A stretch of 64,000 nucleotides of DNA, taken from the NCBI GenBank assembly GCA_050633305.1, contig JBOEGF010000047.1, positions 32,001 to 96,000 of the forward strand, in the 5' to 3' direction. The stretch is from Nannocystales bacterium (lineage in GTDB: Bacteria > Myxococcota_A > Polyangia > Nannocystales > Nannocystaceae). Within the stretch, counting starts at the first letter, position 1. Each line of letters starts with the position of its first letter. Shown here in pieces: positions 20,181 through 30,260 of this stretch. The position numbers were made by a program, and so were the translations under genes. The notes beneath the pieces were generated by a model. The model did no database searches. It was not told where the DNA came from and saw nothing but the letters and a program-made list of their open reading frames with translations.

Positions 20181-21644
20181 ATGTCCGCACGCGTTCTCCT
20201 CGTCCTCGGCCTCCTCAACGGATGCGCCGCAACCTCCGACAGCGACAGCTTCGGCGGCAACGATTTCGGGGAAGGCACCAGCGGCGGGCCGACCGGCGGC
20301 ATGGTGACCACCACCCCACCCGCCTCGGGCGAGGACTCCAGCGGCAGCCCGGGCACCAGCGACACCGATGGCACAGGGACCGGCGGCCTGGAGACCGGGT
20401 CGGGCAACGGCGAGTCCAGCGGCGAGGTGCCCGGCTTTGAAAAAGGGCCCGGCCTGTACGTCAACGCAACCGTGGGGGCGGACTCGAACGACGGGAGTCG
20501 CGAGGCACCCATGCGCTCGATTCAATGGGCACTTCAAGAAGCGCAAGCGCAGGGACTCCCCGCGGTCTACGTCTCCCAGGGGCTCTACACCGCCACCCAC
20601 GATGACCTGGCGTCCATCGAGCTTCGACCTGGAGTCTCGTTGTACGGCGGGTTCTCAGCGACGAGCTGGGACGACCGCGACCCCGCCTTGTACCCAACCG
20701 AGGTCATCGACGAGTCGGTCGCGACGACAGGCGTCAGCGACCTGCTTCCCCACCACGCTGTGCATGCGCCGGTCGGCGTGTTTGAGGATGTCGTGGTCGA
20801 TGGGTTCACGATCACCGCCGCCGAAGCGGGCTACGCCGCAGCGGTGTTCATCGAAGGCGGCTCTCCGACCCTGACGGGCAACACCATCCTGGGTCGCCCC
20901 GCGGCGAGCGTGACCACGGCAGTGCGCATCAACGGGGGACGGCCCGTCTTCACGGACAACATCATCGATCCGGTGGGCGCCGTCAGCTCGAGCACCGGAG
21001 TGCGTTGCGACATGGGCCAGCCCGAGTTCGTCCGCAACGACATCCACTCCGGGGACACGGGCACCACCCACGCCGTGCTCTACGAGGTGTGCGACGGAAG
21101 TCTGGCCAACAACGTCATCCGCTCCGAACGTTCCACTGCGGCCACCTCCTACGCGCTCCAGCTGCACGACAGCTCCCCAGACATCCTCTCCAACAGCGTC
21201 GCGACCGATCCCGAGAGTGGGTACAGCAGCTACCACGCGTACATCACGGGAACCTCGACCCCGAGGATCGACAACAACAACTTCGTCCAGGTCAGCGAGC
21301 TCGGAGCGGTCTACTGCGTCTATGCCAGCGCCGGCGCGCAGCCGTCCTCCATGCGCAACAACAACCTGGGCTGTAGCCAGATCTACTCCGGAACGCTTTC
21401 GGCGACGACGCTGCTCGAGCTGGAGATGAATCTGCCCACCGCCACGGACAACATCGTGGTCGAGACCGCAGTCATGGACGCCGTCTCGGGAGACCTCCGG
21501 CTGCGTGACGACGGCAGCGTCCCGTGCGCCCTCGCCCGGGGCGGCCTGGACCTGTCGCGCGTGCTCGACCAGGACCGTGCGGGATCGATGCGCAGCGTTC
21601 CGTGGAGCATCGGAGCGTACGAACTCGACAGCGACTGTGAGTGA
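20181..21644 (+). CDS. Lipoprotein with DUF1565-like/right-handed parallel beta-helix domain
   Basis: Lipobox LNGC, then LYVNATVGADSNDGSREAPMRSIQWAL, VVVDGFTI, repeated SPTLTGNTI/PVFTDNII/ANNVI turns, and C-terminal SIGAYE. Confidence 0.85.
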   Translation: MSARVLLVLGLLNGCAATSDSDSFGGNDFGEGTSGGPTGGMVTTTPPASGEDSSGSPGTSDTDGTGTGGLETGSGNGESSGEVPGFEKGPGLYVNATVGADSNDGSREAPMRSIQWALQEAQAQGLPAVYVSQGLYTATHDDLASIELRPGVSLYGGFSATSWDDRDPALYPTEVIDESVATTGVSDLLPHHAVHAPVGVFEDVVVDGFTITAAEAGYAAAVFIEGGSPTLTGNTILGRPAASVTTAVRINGGRPVFTDNIIDPVGAVSSSTGVRCDMGQPEFVRNDIHSGDTGTTHAVLYEVCDGSLANNVIRSERSTAATSYALQLHDSSPDILSNSVATDPESGYSSYHAYITGTSTPRIDNNNFVQVSELGAVYCVYASAGAQPSSMRNNNLGCSQIYSGTLSATTLLELEMNLPTATDNIVVETAVMDAVSGDLRLRDDGSVPCALARGGLDLSRVLDQDRAGSMRSVPWSIGAYELDSDCE

Positions 21645-21711
21645 CGCGCTCGCGGGGCTCAACGGTCGCGCGACGCCTGCGGACGGCGTGCACAACCGCC
21701 GGGCCGGAGGT

Positions 21712-22425
21712 ATGAACCCGACGATGGAGGGGTTCATCGCATTCGCCATCGGGTTCGGCCTCCTGCAAGCGGCAACCTACTTGTGGAACGAGCGCAGCCA
21801 TCGGCAGGCGTGGGTCCACGATGTGCCGTATGCCCGCTCCGAACCGGACCTGGAGAGCGGATTCCGCGGGGACGGGCGCGTGCAGGACCAAACCTATGTG
21901 GGCCCGTTGCAGCACCCCCGCGCGCCATGGGGTGTGCGCGCCACGGCGCTGTGGTCGATCGGGATGGGACAGATGTTGATTCCCGGCGGGGCGATGGCGC
22001 TCGTGGGCTGCATGTTCTACGGCGTCGGCCTGGTGGGAATTCCGGGCTGCATTCTGGCGGCCCGCATCTGGGCGGTCGGACCGGCGCTCTTGCGAGCAGA
22101 ACCCGGCTCGGTCCATCGCGCCCGCTCGGCCGCGAGGTTCGCAAGGGTGTTGAACACGATCATCCTCGTCGTGGTCGCGGCGGTCCTGACGGTCCCCGAG
22201 TTCATGATCCTCGCTCTGGGCACCGCCCTCTACGCGGGGATCTCGTTTGCGCACGCACGGGCCCTGGACCGCGCCGCTGACCGTGTAGAAGCGCTGTGGG
22301 TCAAGCGTGGGTACTCCCGCGACGAGCTGTCCTCCCTGACACCGCGGCCTCACGCGACAAGCCCCCGCCGTCGTTCACGGTCGGGGACGACCGCCGCCGC
22401 ACCTGCAGCTCCGCCCAACGTCTGA
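21712..22425 (+). CDS. Integral membrane hypothetical protein
   Basis: GGAGG immediately upstream of the ATG and several hydrophobic segments. Confidence 0.65.
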   Translation: MNPTMEGFIAFAIGFGLLQAATYLWNERSHRQAWVHDVPYARSEPDLESGFRGDGRVQDQTYVGPLQHPRAPWGVRATALWSIGMGQMLIPGGAMALVGCMFYGVGLVGIPGCILAARIWAVGPALLRAEPGSVHRARSAARFARVLNTIILVVVAAVLTVPEFMILALGTALYAGISFAHARALDRAADRVEALWVKRGYSRDELSSLTPRPHATSPRRRSRSGTTAAAPAAPPNV

Positions 22426-22680
22426 ACGGGTCCAGGCTCGCGACGACGCCCAAGGTCTGCGCCACCTGCGCCAACGGTCTGGGCTGCGGTCGGCTTCACC
22501 GAGACCACCCCAACCGCCCATCGCGACGACCTCCATCCTCGGCGGCCGTACGGCCCCGCGACCCGTCCGCAGGCGACCCACAACCTCACCCAGGCGTCGG
22601 CAGACCAAGCGTCCGGCCGTTGCACCCGCACCCCTCCCGCGCGATTTGACTTTCCCACGCACGCAAACAAGAGTCTCTTC

Positions 22681-23406
22681 GTGCGGTTTCCTCGCCTCGC
22701 CGCGGCAGTTCTCGGCCTCGGCTGCTTCGCGGCCCCTGTTGCCGCCCACGCTGCGGAAGAACCCGGCGAGCCCGAGGGCTTCGTCGATCCGCGCGCGCGA
22801 CCCTTGCCCCGCAAGCATCGGTTCCGGCTGGGTCTTCAGATGGACTACATGCGGCTGTCCGCTGCGATCGACGAGGACTCGGGCAAGGTCCAACGGTTCC
22901 AGTTCATCCCGTTGCAGCTCGACTTCGCCTACCAGGGCCGGATCGGCCGCTACGTCATGGTCCGGCCCAGTCTCGCCGTGGGCGCAAACCCGGCCAACAC
23001 CGTCGAGGCCATGCCGATGGTCATCCATCCGCAGCTGTTCACCGGCTTTCAGGGACGTCTGGTCGGCGTGGCGTTCGGCTACGGGTTCCTTGGCGCGCCC
23101 ATCCAAAACAAAGACGCCGTCTCCGACATCCGGGGCGGCTTGGGGCAGCCGATTCTCAGCAACGCGCACCACATTGGTGGCGAGCTCTCCTTCACCACGC
23201 GAGTGCACCGGCGCCGCGAGTCCGCCCCCGGCGCGGGCGAGCTGTCCATCATCTTGCGCGTCGCAGGGCTCAACGGCCGCACTCGACACTTCGAGATCGA
23301 CACCCGTCGGTGGCGAGCCATGTTCACGTTCGGCCTCGGCTGGTACTTTGGTGACGGTCGACGCGGCCAGGCCCGACGTGCGCAGCGGTCAGCCGACGGG
23401 TCTTAG
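22681..23406 (+). CDS. Secreted protein, putative outer-membrane beta-barrel
   Basis: Signal peptide ending AHA, with amphipathic strands FRLGLQMDY, VAFGYGF and FTFGLGWYF. Confidence 0.65.
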   Translation: MRFPRLAAAVLGLGCFAAPVAAHAAEEPGEPEGFVDPRARPLPRKHRFRLGLQMDYMRLSAAIDEDSGKVQRFQFIPLQLDFAYQGRIGRYVMVRPSLAVGANPANTVEAMPMVIHPQLFTGFQGRLVGVAFGYGFLGAPIQNKDAVSDIRGGLGQPILSNAHHIGGELSFTTRVHRRRESAPGAGELSIILRVAGLNGRTRHFEIDTRRWRAMFTFGLGWYFGDGRRGQARRAQRSADGS

Positions 23407-23936
23407 TGGACCACGACCGCAACAGCGAGGCGCAGGCCTGCCCACCACGATCGGCGACCGACGAAATGCATCGTCGGCTGGAGGCCGAGCTCGAAGCCAC
23501 CGACATCGAGGACGGCCCGACCATGGGTCGTGCGGCTGGCGGTGTGTTCACCATCGGCCACATCGCGCTCGCATCGGTCCTCGGAGGGGGCATCGGTGGG
23601 GTGATCCTGATGACCGTCAACGACCGCCGAATGGAGCACCGGGCCGTGTGGCGAAGCGCCGTCGCTTACGTCATGGCGACGATGGGTGGGGCGCTGTTGC
23701 TGGGACTCGCGCTGCCTCCGGGATTCACCGCCCGCCTCGCACCCGTCCTCGCGTTGTTGCTCACCGTGATCCCGCCAATCGCGCTCGCGATCGTCTTCCA
23801 GAGACGCATGATGGCCGGGCGACCGCAGGAAGCTGAGCCCGCCCGCTCCATCGCGTTTGCGATCGCCGCAGGCTGGCTGATCTCTGCTGCCGTTTTCGGG
23901 CTGCTTCGTTCCGTCCTCCCCACGCCTCCCGCGTGA
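23406..23936 (+). CDS. Membrane hypothetical protein
   Basis: GTG overlaps the upstream TAG. Four to five hydrophobic segments. Confidence 0.65.
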   Translation: MDHDRNSEAQACPPRSATDEMHRRLEAELEATDIEDGPTMGRAAGGVFTIGHIALASVLGGGIGGVILMTVNDRRMEHRAVWRSAVAYVMATMGGALLLGLALPPGFTARLAPVLALLLTVIPPIALAIVFQRRMMAGRPQEAEPARSIAFAIAAGWLISAAVFGLLRSVLPTPPA

Positions 23937-24018
23937 GGATTCCCGGCGCCCGGGCAGGTAGGCGTGGCTGCACGGGCGGTGCGGCCCTTGGTACTTCTGC
24001 GGCCGAGGACTGCACCGC

Positions 24019-25407
24019 ATGACCGAGAACTTGATGAAGGGCGCCGTCGCCGACATGACCCGTGCCATCGGAGGCACGCCAATCGTCCGCCTCAACCGCG
24101 TCGCCGAGGACATCTCCTCCGAGATCTACGCCAAGGTCGAGTACCTGAACCCGGCGGGTTCGATGAAGGACCGCGTGGGCATGAACCTGATCCGCGACGC
24201 CGAGGAGCGCGGCATGCTCGGACCCGGCGGCACGATCGTCGAGGCGACCTCGGGCAACACCGGCGCTGGCTTGGCCATGGTCGCGGCGATCAAGGGCTAC
24301 AAGTGCATCTTCGTCATGCCCGACAAGATGTCGTACGAGAAGGTCGATGCCCTTCGAGCCTACGGCGCCAAGGTCGTCATCTGCCCGACCGCCGTCGAGC
24401 CCAGCGACCCCCGCAGCTACTACTCCACCGCGCGTCGCATCGTGGAGGAGACCCCCGGGGCGTTCTACGCGAACCAGTATCACAACCCCGCCAACCCCGA
24501 GGCGCACTACCTGAGCACGGGACCGGAGATCTGGGAGCAGACCCAAGGCGACTTCGACGTGTTCGTGTCCGGCATGGGCACCGGCGGCACCCTCAGCGGC
24601 TGCGGCCGTTACTTCAAAGAGAAGAACCCCGACATTCAGCTCGTCGGCGTCGATCCCATTGGCTCGCTGTACTACGAGTACGTGAAGACCGGCCGCCTCA
24701 CGAAGGCCTTCTCCTACTACGTCGAGGGCATCGGCGAGGACTTCCTTCCCTCGACGATGAACCTGGATATCCTCGACGACGTCGTCCAAGTCGACGACAA
24801 GGAGTGCTTCTTGATGACGCGCGAGCTCGTGCGTCGTGAGGGAATCTTCTGCGGCGGCTCGTGTGGCGCGGCCGTCATGGGCGCCATCAAGTACGCCCGC
24901 ACGCTCAAGGAGCCCAAGAAGATCCTCGTGCTCCTGCCCGACAACGCGCAGAAGTACCTCAGCAAGGTCTTCAACGACGACTGGATGCGCTCCAACGGCT
25001 TCCTCGACGAAGACGACGTCGAAGGCACCGTCGCCCACCTCATCAAAGCACGGGGCGGCGACGTCATCACCGCGCAGGCGTCCTCCTCGGTACGCGACGC
25101 CATCGGCGTGATGAAGCGGCACGGCATCAGCCAGCTTCCGATCCTCGACGACAAGGGACGACACTGCGGCATGGTGGCCGAGCGAGACCTGCTGAACGTT
25201 TTGGTGGAGAACGAGGGCAGCCTCGACACCCCGCTGCGGGATCTGGCCGACGGCGACTACGCCACCGTCTCCCCGCACACGCGCATCGCGTTGCTCAAGA
25301 ACATCTTCAATGACGCCAAGGCCGTGCTCGTCACCGAGGGCGATCGACTCATGGGCGTGCTGACGAAGATCGACCTGATCGACTACCTCGCGAACCAGAA
25401 GGTCTGA
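24019..25407 (+). CDS. cbs: Cystathionine beta-synthase / PLP-dependent cysteine synthase family protein with C-terminal CBS domains
   Basis: KVEYLNPAGSMKDR (PLP Lys), EATSGNTG, GMGTGGT and EGIG. C-terminal CBS pair (GISQLPIL, GVLTKIDLI). Confidence 0.9.
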   Translation: MTENLMKGAVADMTRAIGGTPIVRLNRVAEDISSEIYAKVEYLNPAGSMKDRVGMNLIRDAEERGMLGPGGTIVEATSGNTGAGLAMVAAIKGYKCIFVMPDKMSYEKVDALRAYGAKVVICPTAVEPSDPRSYYSTARRIVEETPGAFYANQYHNPANPEAHYLSTGPEIWEQTQGDFDVFVSGMGTGGTLSGCGRYFKEKNPDIQLVGVDPIGSLYYEYVKTGRLTKAFSYYVEGIGEDFLPSTMNLDILDDVVQVDDKECFLMTRELVRREGIFCGGSCGAAVMGAIKYARTLKEPKKILVLLPDNAQKYLSKVFNDDWMRSNGFLDEDDVEGTVAHLIKARGGDVITAQASSSVRDAIGVMKRHGISQLPILDDKGRHCGMVAERDLLNVLVENEGSLDTPLRDLADGDYATVSPHTRIALLKNIFNDAKAVLVTEGDRLMGVLTKIDLIDYLANQKV

Positions 25408-25485
25408 CGGCAACGACCTCGCGCGTCGTGACGGGAGCAGCACTGCTCGAGCACGACCGCGGAGGCACTGGCCGAGATCTTCCCA

Positions 25486-25526
25486 AAGACGCCGCCCCTT
25501 CAACGAGGGCGGCGTCTTCGTTTCTG
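25486..25526 (+). terminator. Probable intrinsic terminator after cbs
   Basis: 12-bp stem AAGACGCCGCCC / GGGCGGCGTCTT followed by CGTTTC. Confidence 0.6.
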
Positions 25527-25740
25527 CGACATCCGTCGACACGCCCCGACGAGCCCGGTGACGTCCACCACGGGCGCGTATCGGCGCTCGGTGGCTCTCA
25601 GCCCTCGGTGGCCCGATGACACAGCGAAGGGGCGCACCCGTTGGCTCTGGAAACCTCGACGAAGATGCGCGCGAACGCTCAGCTCGGCACGCATCCAGGT
25701 TCTCTAACATCTACAGATGTAATCTGAGACACTCTCCAAC

Positions 25741-26841
25741 GTGCGCCCAATCGAAACCGGCCAACCGGTCGCTTTTCAACATCCACTCGCAGACGAGGAG
25801 GAACGGTTTGAGCACGGCCGTCGGTTGACCCTTCGCGGCCTGCTCGGCGGCCGTGATTCGGACCTTTGGCGGTGTCGGGCGGCCAACCGGATTCTCGGAA
25901 GCCTCGGGAATCCGGGCCTTGCAGCGGCGACCCACGTCGAACGTGACGCTGATCGCCGGCTCGTCCTCACCTACGAGACCGACGACCGCGAGCCCCTCTC
26001 CGCACGCCTGAGCGATGCCCCTGCCTTCGTCGAACACGTCCTCATCCAGCTGTGTGCCGCATTGGAGGCCGCCCACAGCCTTGGGATCGTCCACGGTGGG
26101 TTGACGCCTGGCGCGGTCCGCCTGGGACACGACCCTCACCGCCCCTCCGTGACCCTGGCAGACTTTGGCCTGGGGCATCTGTTCGGAGCCAAGTCAGCGC
26201 TCGAGGGCGGCCAGTCCTGGCAACCCCACAGCCCCGAGTAGGAGCAGGGACTCGAACCAACGCCCCGGGAGGACGTCTATCTGCTCGGCGCGCTCGGATA
26301 CACGATGCTCACCGGGCGACCCCTGTTCGACAGCACGTCGCGGCCACAGACACTGCAGAAGCACGCGACCGAGACCCGAAGCGGAGTCACCCCGGGCAGC
26401 CTCCCCTGCGCGCCCGCCCTCGCGGCGATCGTGCAACGCTGCCTGAGCAAGAACCCCAGCGAGCGATTCTCCGGTCCCGCCGAGGTCGCGCATGCGCTGC
26501 TCGCCCGCGCCCCAGAGGCCCAGCTGCCCCCCCGCCCGGGACAACGCCCGGCGGTCGTCGGCGATGTCCTGTCGGCCGTCGCTCCATTCCCGCTGCGACC
26601 CATCCCGCCCGGTGTACCCGGAGACTCCAAACGGCTGGCCGCCATGATCATCGCCTCGACACTCGTCGTCACGGGCGTCACGTGGGCGGCTGTGTCATCC
26701 CTGCCCACGGACCCGTCTCCGCGCTCGAACGCAGCCGGTGCGGCAGATGAGCCCACGCGCGCGTCGGCAGCTGCGCCCTCCACCATCACTGCGGCGACCG
26801 AAGCAGACCTCCGCCCAGCCGCTCTCCTGCGGGGACCATGA
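25741..26841 (+). pseudogene. Degenerate Ser/Thr kinase-like gene interrupted by an in-frame TAG (26239-26241)
   Basis: One frame reads GIVHGGLTPGAV...LADFGLG...SPE*EQG...EDVYLLGALGYTMLTGRPLF...CLSKNPSERF, followed by a TM segment. Confidence 0.75.
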
Positions 26842-27046
26842 GGTCCGGCCGCAGCTCGAGTGTCGGCGGGCAGGTGCCAACCTCGAAGGAGCGCAGCCGG
26901 ACCGACGCCGGGAACTTCGCGGCACGCGGGGCGTGGGACCCCTCGTGCTCAACCCGTGCTACGCCTTCGGGCACGAAAAAACCCGGGAGCCCGACCACCA
27001 TTGCTGGTGGGCAGCGCCCGGGCCTTTCACAGTCCGAAGCAGGCGA

Positions 27047-27424
27047 TCAGCCGGCGGCGGGACCCGTGAACGTGTACGTGAACGTTGCCTGACCGTCGCG
27101 ACGGTCTTCCGGCGTGAGCGCCAGACCGTCAACGGCCGTGACGACGCAGGTCTGAAGCGACTCGGGGGCGGTGGAGCCCTCGGCAGCGGTCGCGTTCATG
27201 ATGGCGCCCGTCTTCTTCTCGACGGTGAAGTTCACAACAACGTCGCCCGAGAGGGCTGGGTTGTTCGCGAGCTCTTTGTCGTAGCAGCTGCGGACGTCCG
27301 CGTTGCGAGTCTCGAGAAGAGCGCGGGTGTCGGTGCGGTACTGGTCTTCGCCACGGGCGATGAACGAGCAGCCCATCGAAAGGGCGACCGACGCGAGGAT
27401 CATGGAAGAGATGGTTTTACGCAT
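27047..27424 (-). CDS. Lipoprotein with AgmX/PglI C-terminal (TonB-C-like) domain
   Basis: Lipobox SMGC, then VRSCYDKELANNPALSGDVVVNFTV...LQTCVV...FTYTF. Confidence 0.8.
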   Translation of the reverse strand: MRKTISSMILASVALSMGCSFIARGEDQYRTDTRALLETRNADVRSCYDKELANNPALSGDVVVNFTVEKKTGAIMNATAAEGSTAPESLQTCVVTAVDGLALTPEDRRDGQATFTYTFTGPAAG

Positions 27425-27451
27425 GTCGATTTCTCCTGCGGTGCAGCTGAA

Positions 27452-28078
27452 TCAGCCGCTGACCTTTTTCTCTTCGAGGACTTTCTCTTTGCCGTCTTCG
27501 GACACTTCGACCTTGGTCTGCGTGACCTCTTGCTCGATGATCACGAACTCGACGCGACGGTTCTTCTCACGACCGTCTTCGGTGTCGTTGCTCGCGATGG
27601 GCTGGGTTTCCCCGTAGCCCTTGGCCGAGAGGTGGTCCTTGGTGACCCCACCCTTACCGGTGAGGAACTTGCGAACCGCCTTGGCGCGACGATCCGACAA
27701 CTTCATGTTGTGGTTGTCTCCGCCTTCGGCCGAAGCGTGCCCCTGGATCTCGATCTTCTTGATCTGGGGGTTTTCTTGAATGACCTTGGCGACCTCGTTC
27801 AACAAGTCGAACGAGACTTCTTGAATCTTGTCCGAGTTGACCGCGAACTGGATCTTCTCGTTGATGGCGATCTTGTTGTCGCGAACTTCGACCCGCTTTT
27901 GCGGCTCGGGTTCGGGGGCAGCAGCAACAGGCTCGGGCTCCGGCTCAGCAGAAGTTCCCACAATGGCGAGGGAAGCGTCGTCGCTGAACACGATCGGTCC
28001 GCAAGCGGCCGTCGTGAGGAGCATGAAGCCCGCAGCAAGCAGACCGATGGCCCGGCTGGGATTGCGTAGAGCGTGCAT
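27452..28078 (-). CDS. OmpA-family (peptidoglycan-binding) lipoprotein
   Basis: Lipobox TAAC, then KIQFAVNSDKI, IEIQGHAS, NMKLSDRRAKAV, GYGETQPI and NRRVEF. Confidence 0.92.
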   Translation of the reverse strand: MHALRNPSRAIGLLAAGFMLLTTAACGPIVFSDDASLAIVGTSAEPEPEPVAAAPEPEPQKRVEVRDNKIAINEKIQFAVNSDKIQEVSFDLLNEVAKVIQENPQIKKIEIQGHASAEGGDNHNMKLSDRRAKAVRKFLTGKGGVTKDHLSAKGYGETQPIASNDTEDGREKNRRVEFVIIEQEVTQTKVEVSEDGKEKVLEEKKVSG

Positions 28079-28280
28079 GATGATCTCCGTACAGTTGGAA
28101 AAAGAAGCGGACCGCGAACGACAACAGGCCGAGCGGCGGTGCGCGCGTGAACATAGAAAACGCTCAGGAATCGTCAACCCCGGGCCTAGAGGTAGCTTCA
28201 GTTCTTCTGTGTGCGCAGACCATCGGTCCAAGCACGAAGACCGCTCGCTCATCGAGGGAGTTGGCGCTAGCCTATGGAAG

Positions 28281-29357
28281 ATGACGATGGTGAACCGGCT
28301 TGCATTGAGGGCGCTCGTAGGCGCCGGGTTTGTCCTGTGCAGCACGGGTTCGGCAGCGGCCGCGCCGGCTGATCCCGCGCCGGAGATAGCCGCACCAACC
28401 GGCGGGGAAACACCGTCCACCCCGTCCCCTGAGCCATCAGCTCCCGCGGAGGGGCCCACAGCGGCACCCGTCGCGGACGCTGGCGCAGTGCCCGCATCGC
28501 CCCCGGCCGCAGGCGCACCCGAGAGTGCGACGGCGGTGCCCGAAGCGCCTCCCGCCGCGGAAGACGAGGGCGCGGTTTCGGCCGCAGAAGAAACCCCACG
28601 TGAGGCAACCGCTACTAGTGCGGAGATTGAGGCAGAACGCCCCACGACCGGCCAGGAGAAATCCGACGCGATCGACCCAGATCTCCTCTCCGGGGACACG
28701 GAAGAGCCCGCTCCGCCCCCCGCTCCGACCGCCCGGACGGTCGTGCACGACCCCGGTGCGTACGACGCCGCGCTCGCGAAAGCCTATGCGGACGAGTACC
28801 GGCCCGCCGACAACCCCGGACGCCTACATGTCGGAGCTCGGGCGCTCTTCGCCAACGCGGGCGGCGACAGCGAGATCGGCGGACGCATGGGCGGCATGCA
28901 GGTCGATGTGGGCCAAGCGTGGAACCACTTCGGCTACGCCGCGACCGCATCGGCCTGGGGAGGCCGCGTCCTGTTGGGCGATCGCGTCGCCGAGATGAAC
29001 GCCCTGTTCGGCATCGGGCCCACGATCACGTTGGGTCGCAGCGCGCTTCAGCAACGCGGCATGATCGACCTCCGGCTTGGCTACGACTTCATGTACGGCG
29101 TGGTCAACCAGCGCTCGCAGCAAGCGACCATCGTCGCTCCGCAGGACGACTCGGCCTTCGCGCTCGAGCAAACCGAAAACCTCCTGCCTCATGGCCCTCG
29201 CGCCATGCTGCAACTGGGCCTCCTCAGCCCCAAGCGCCGCAACTACCACCACGGTATGGGCATCGTGTTTGGCTACCAGGGGTTGGTGGGTAGCCTCCGT
29301 GGCGACCTCCCCTTCACCCACATGCTGGTGACCGGTTTGCAGTGGTGGATGGGCTGA
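28281..29357 (+). CDS. Secreted protein with Pro/Ala/Glu-rich linker and beta-barrel-like C-terminal domain
   Basis: Signal peptide, low-complexity linker, amphipathic strands and C-terminal GLQWWMG. Confidence 0.65.
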   Translation: MTMVNRLALRALVGAGFVLCSTGSAAAAPADPAPEIAAPTGGETPSTPSPEPSAPAEGPTAAPVADAGAVPASPPAAGAPESATAVPEAPPAAEDEGAVSAAEETPREATATSAEIEAERPTTGQEKSDAIDPDLLSGDTEEPAPPPAPTARTVVHDPGAYDAALAKAYADEYRPADNPGRLHVGARALFANAGGDSEIGGRMGGMQVDVGQAWNHFGYAATASAWGGRVLLGDRVAEMNALFGIGPTITLGRSALQQRGMIDLRLGYDFMYGVVNQRSQQATIVAPQDDSAFALEQTENLLPHGPRAMLQLGLLSPKRRNYHHGMGIVFGYQGLVGSLRGDLPFTHMLVTGLQWWMG

Positions 29358-29406
29358 GGCCGCATCCGATCCCGCAGCGGGCAACTCGCCCGGTACCATC
29401 GCGTGC

Positions 29407-30222
29407 GTGTCGTTCCTGAACATCACACGCGCCGGTCACGTTGCCCATGTCCTCTTGGACAACCCCAAGAAGCTCAACGCGATGGGGACGGAGTTTTGGA
29501 CCGAGACCGCCAAGACGCTGCACGCACTGGGCGAAGACCCCGAGGTCCGTGCGGTCGTGGTGCGGGGTGCAGGCCGGGCGTTCACATCCGGGCTCGACAT
29601 CCCGGACATCATGTCGAAGCTGCCGATCGACCCGACCGGAGGGCCACCGGATGGGAGCCGGCAAGCCGCACTCCACCGCTTGATCCGCGAAATGCAGGGC
29701 GCGGTCAGTGCGTTTGAACGACTGCCGGTCCCGGTTATCGCGGCCGTGCACGGGTACTGCCTGGGCGCCGGGGTGGACCTCATCACGGCTTGTGACATCC
29801 GCCTCGCCAGCGCCGATGCGGTGTTTGGCGTCCGAGAGACGAAGATTGCGATGGTCGCTGATGTTGGCACGCTGCAACGCCTCCCGCGAATCGTGGGCCC
29901 TGGGCACGCACGCGAACTGGCCTACACCGGGCGTGATTTCGATGCCGCCTACGCCGAGAAGATTGGGCTGGTCAACCGCGTCCTTCCCGACCCCGACGCG
30001 CTGTTTGCCGACGCCGATGCGCTGGCGCAAGAAATCGCGGCCAACCCTCCCCTCGCCGTCCGTGGAAGCAAACACGTGATGAACGAAGCCCAGCGGCACG
30101 ATATCGACCGTGAGCTCGAGTACGTCGCGACGTACAACGCAGCGCACCTGGTCACCCAGGATCTGGGTGTCGCCATCACCGCAGCGCTCACCAAGCAAAA
30201 ACCCGAGTTCAGCGGTCGCTGA
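29407..30222 (+). CDS. Enoyl-CoA hydratase/isomerase (crotonase family, dienoyl-CoA isomerase-like)
   Basis: AFTSGLD, PVIAAVHGYCLGAGVDLITACDIR and ADVGTLQRLPRIVG. Confidence 0.92.
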   Translation: MSFLNITRAGHVAHVLLDNPKKLNAMGTEFWTETAKTLHALGEDPEVRAVVVRGAGRAFTSGLDIPDIMSKLPIDPTGGPPDGSRQAALHRLIREMQGAVSAFERLPVPVIAAVHGYCLGAGVDLITACDIRLASADAVFGVRETKIAMVADVGTLQRLPRIVGPGHARELAYTGRDFDAAYAEKIGLVNRVLPDPDALFADADALAQEIAANPPLAVRGSKHVMNEAQRHDIDRELEYVATYNAAHLVTQDLGVAITAALTKQKPEFSGR

Positions 30223-30260
30223 GTGGGAATACGGACCCCCGAGCCTCGGTTTGGGGCGCC

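Noticed and set aside
26239..26241. Amber recoding (pyrrolysine or alternative genetic code)
   Set aside because: TAG is used as a normal stop elsewhere (e.g. 3347, 47070) and no pyl genes are seen; a point mutation or sequencing error is simpler.
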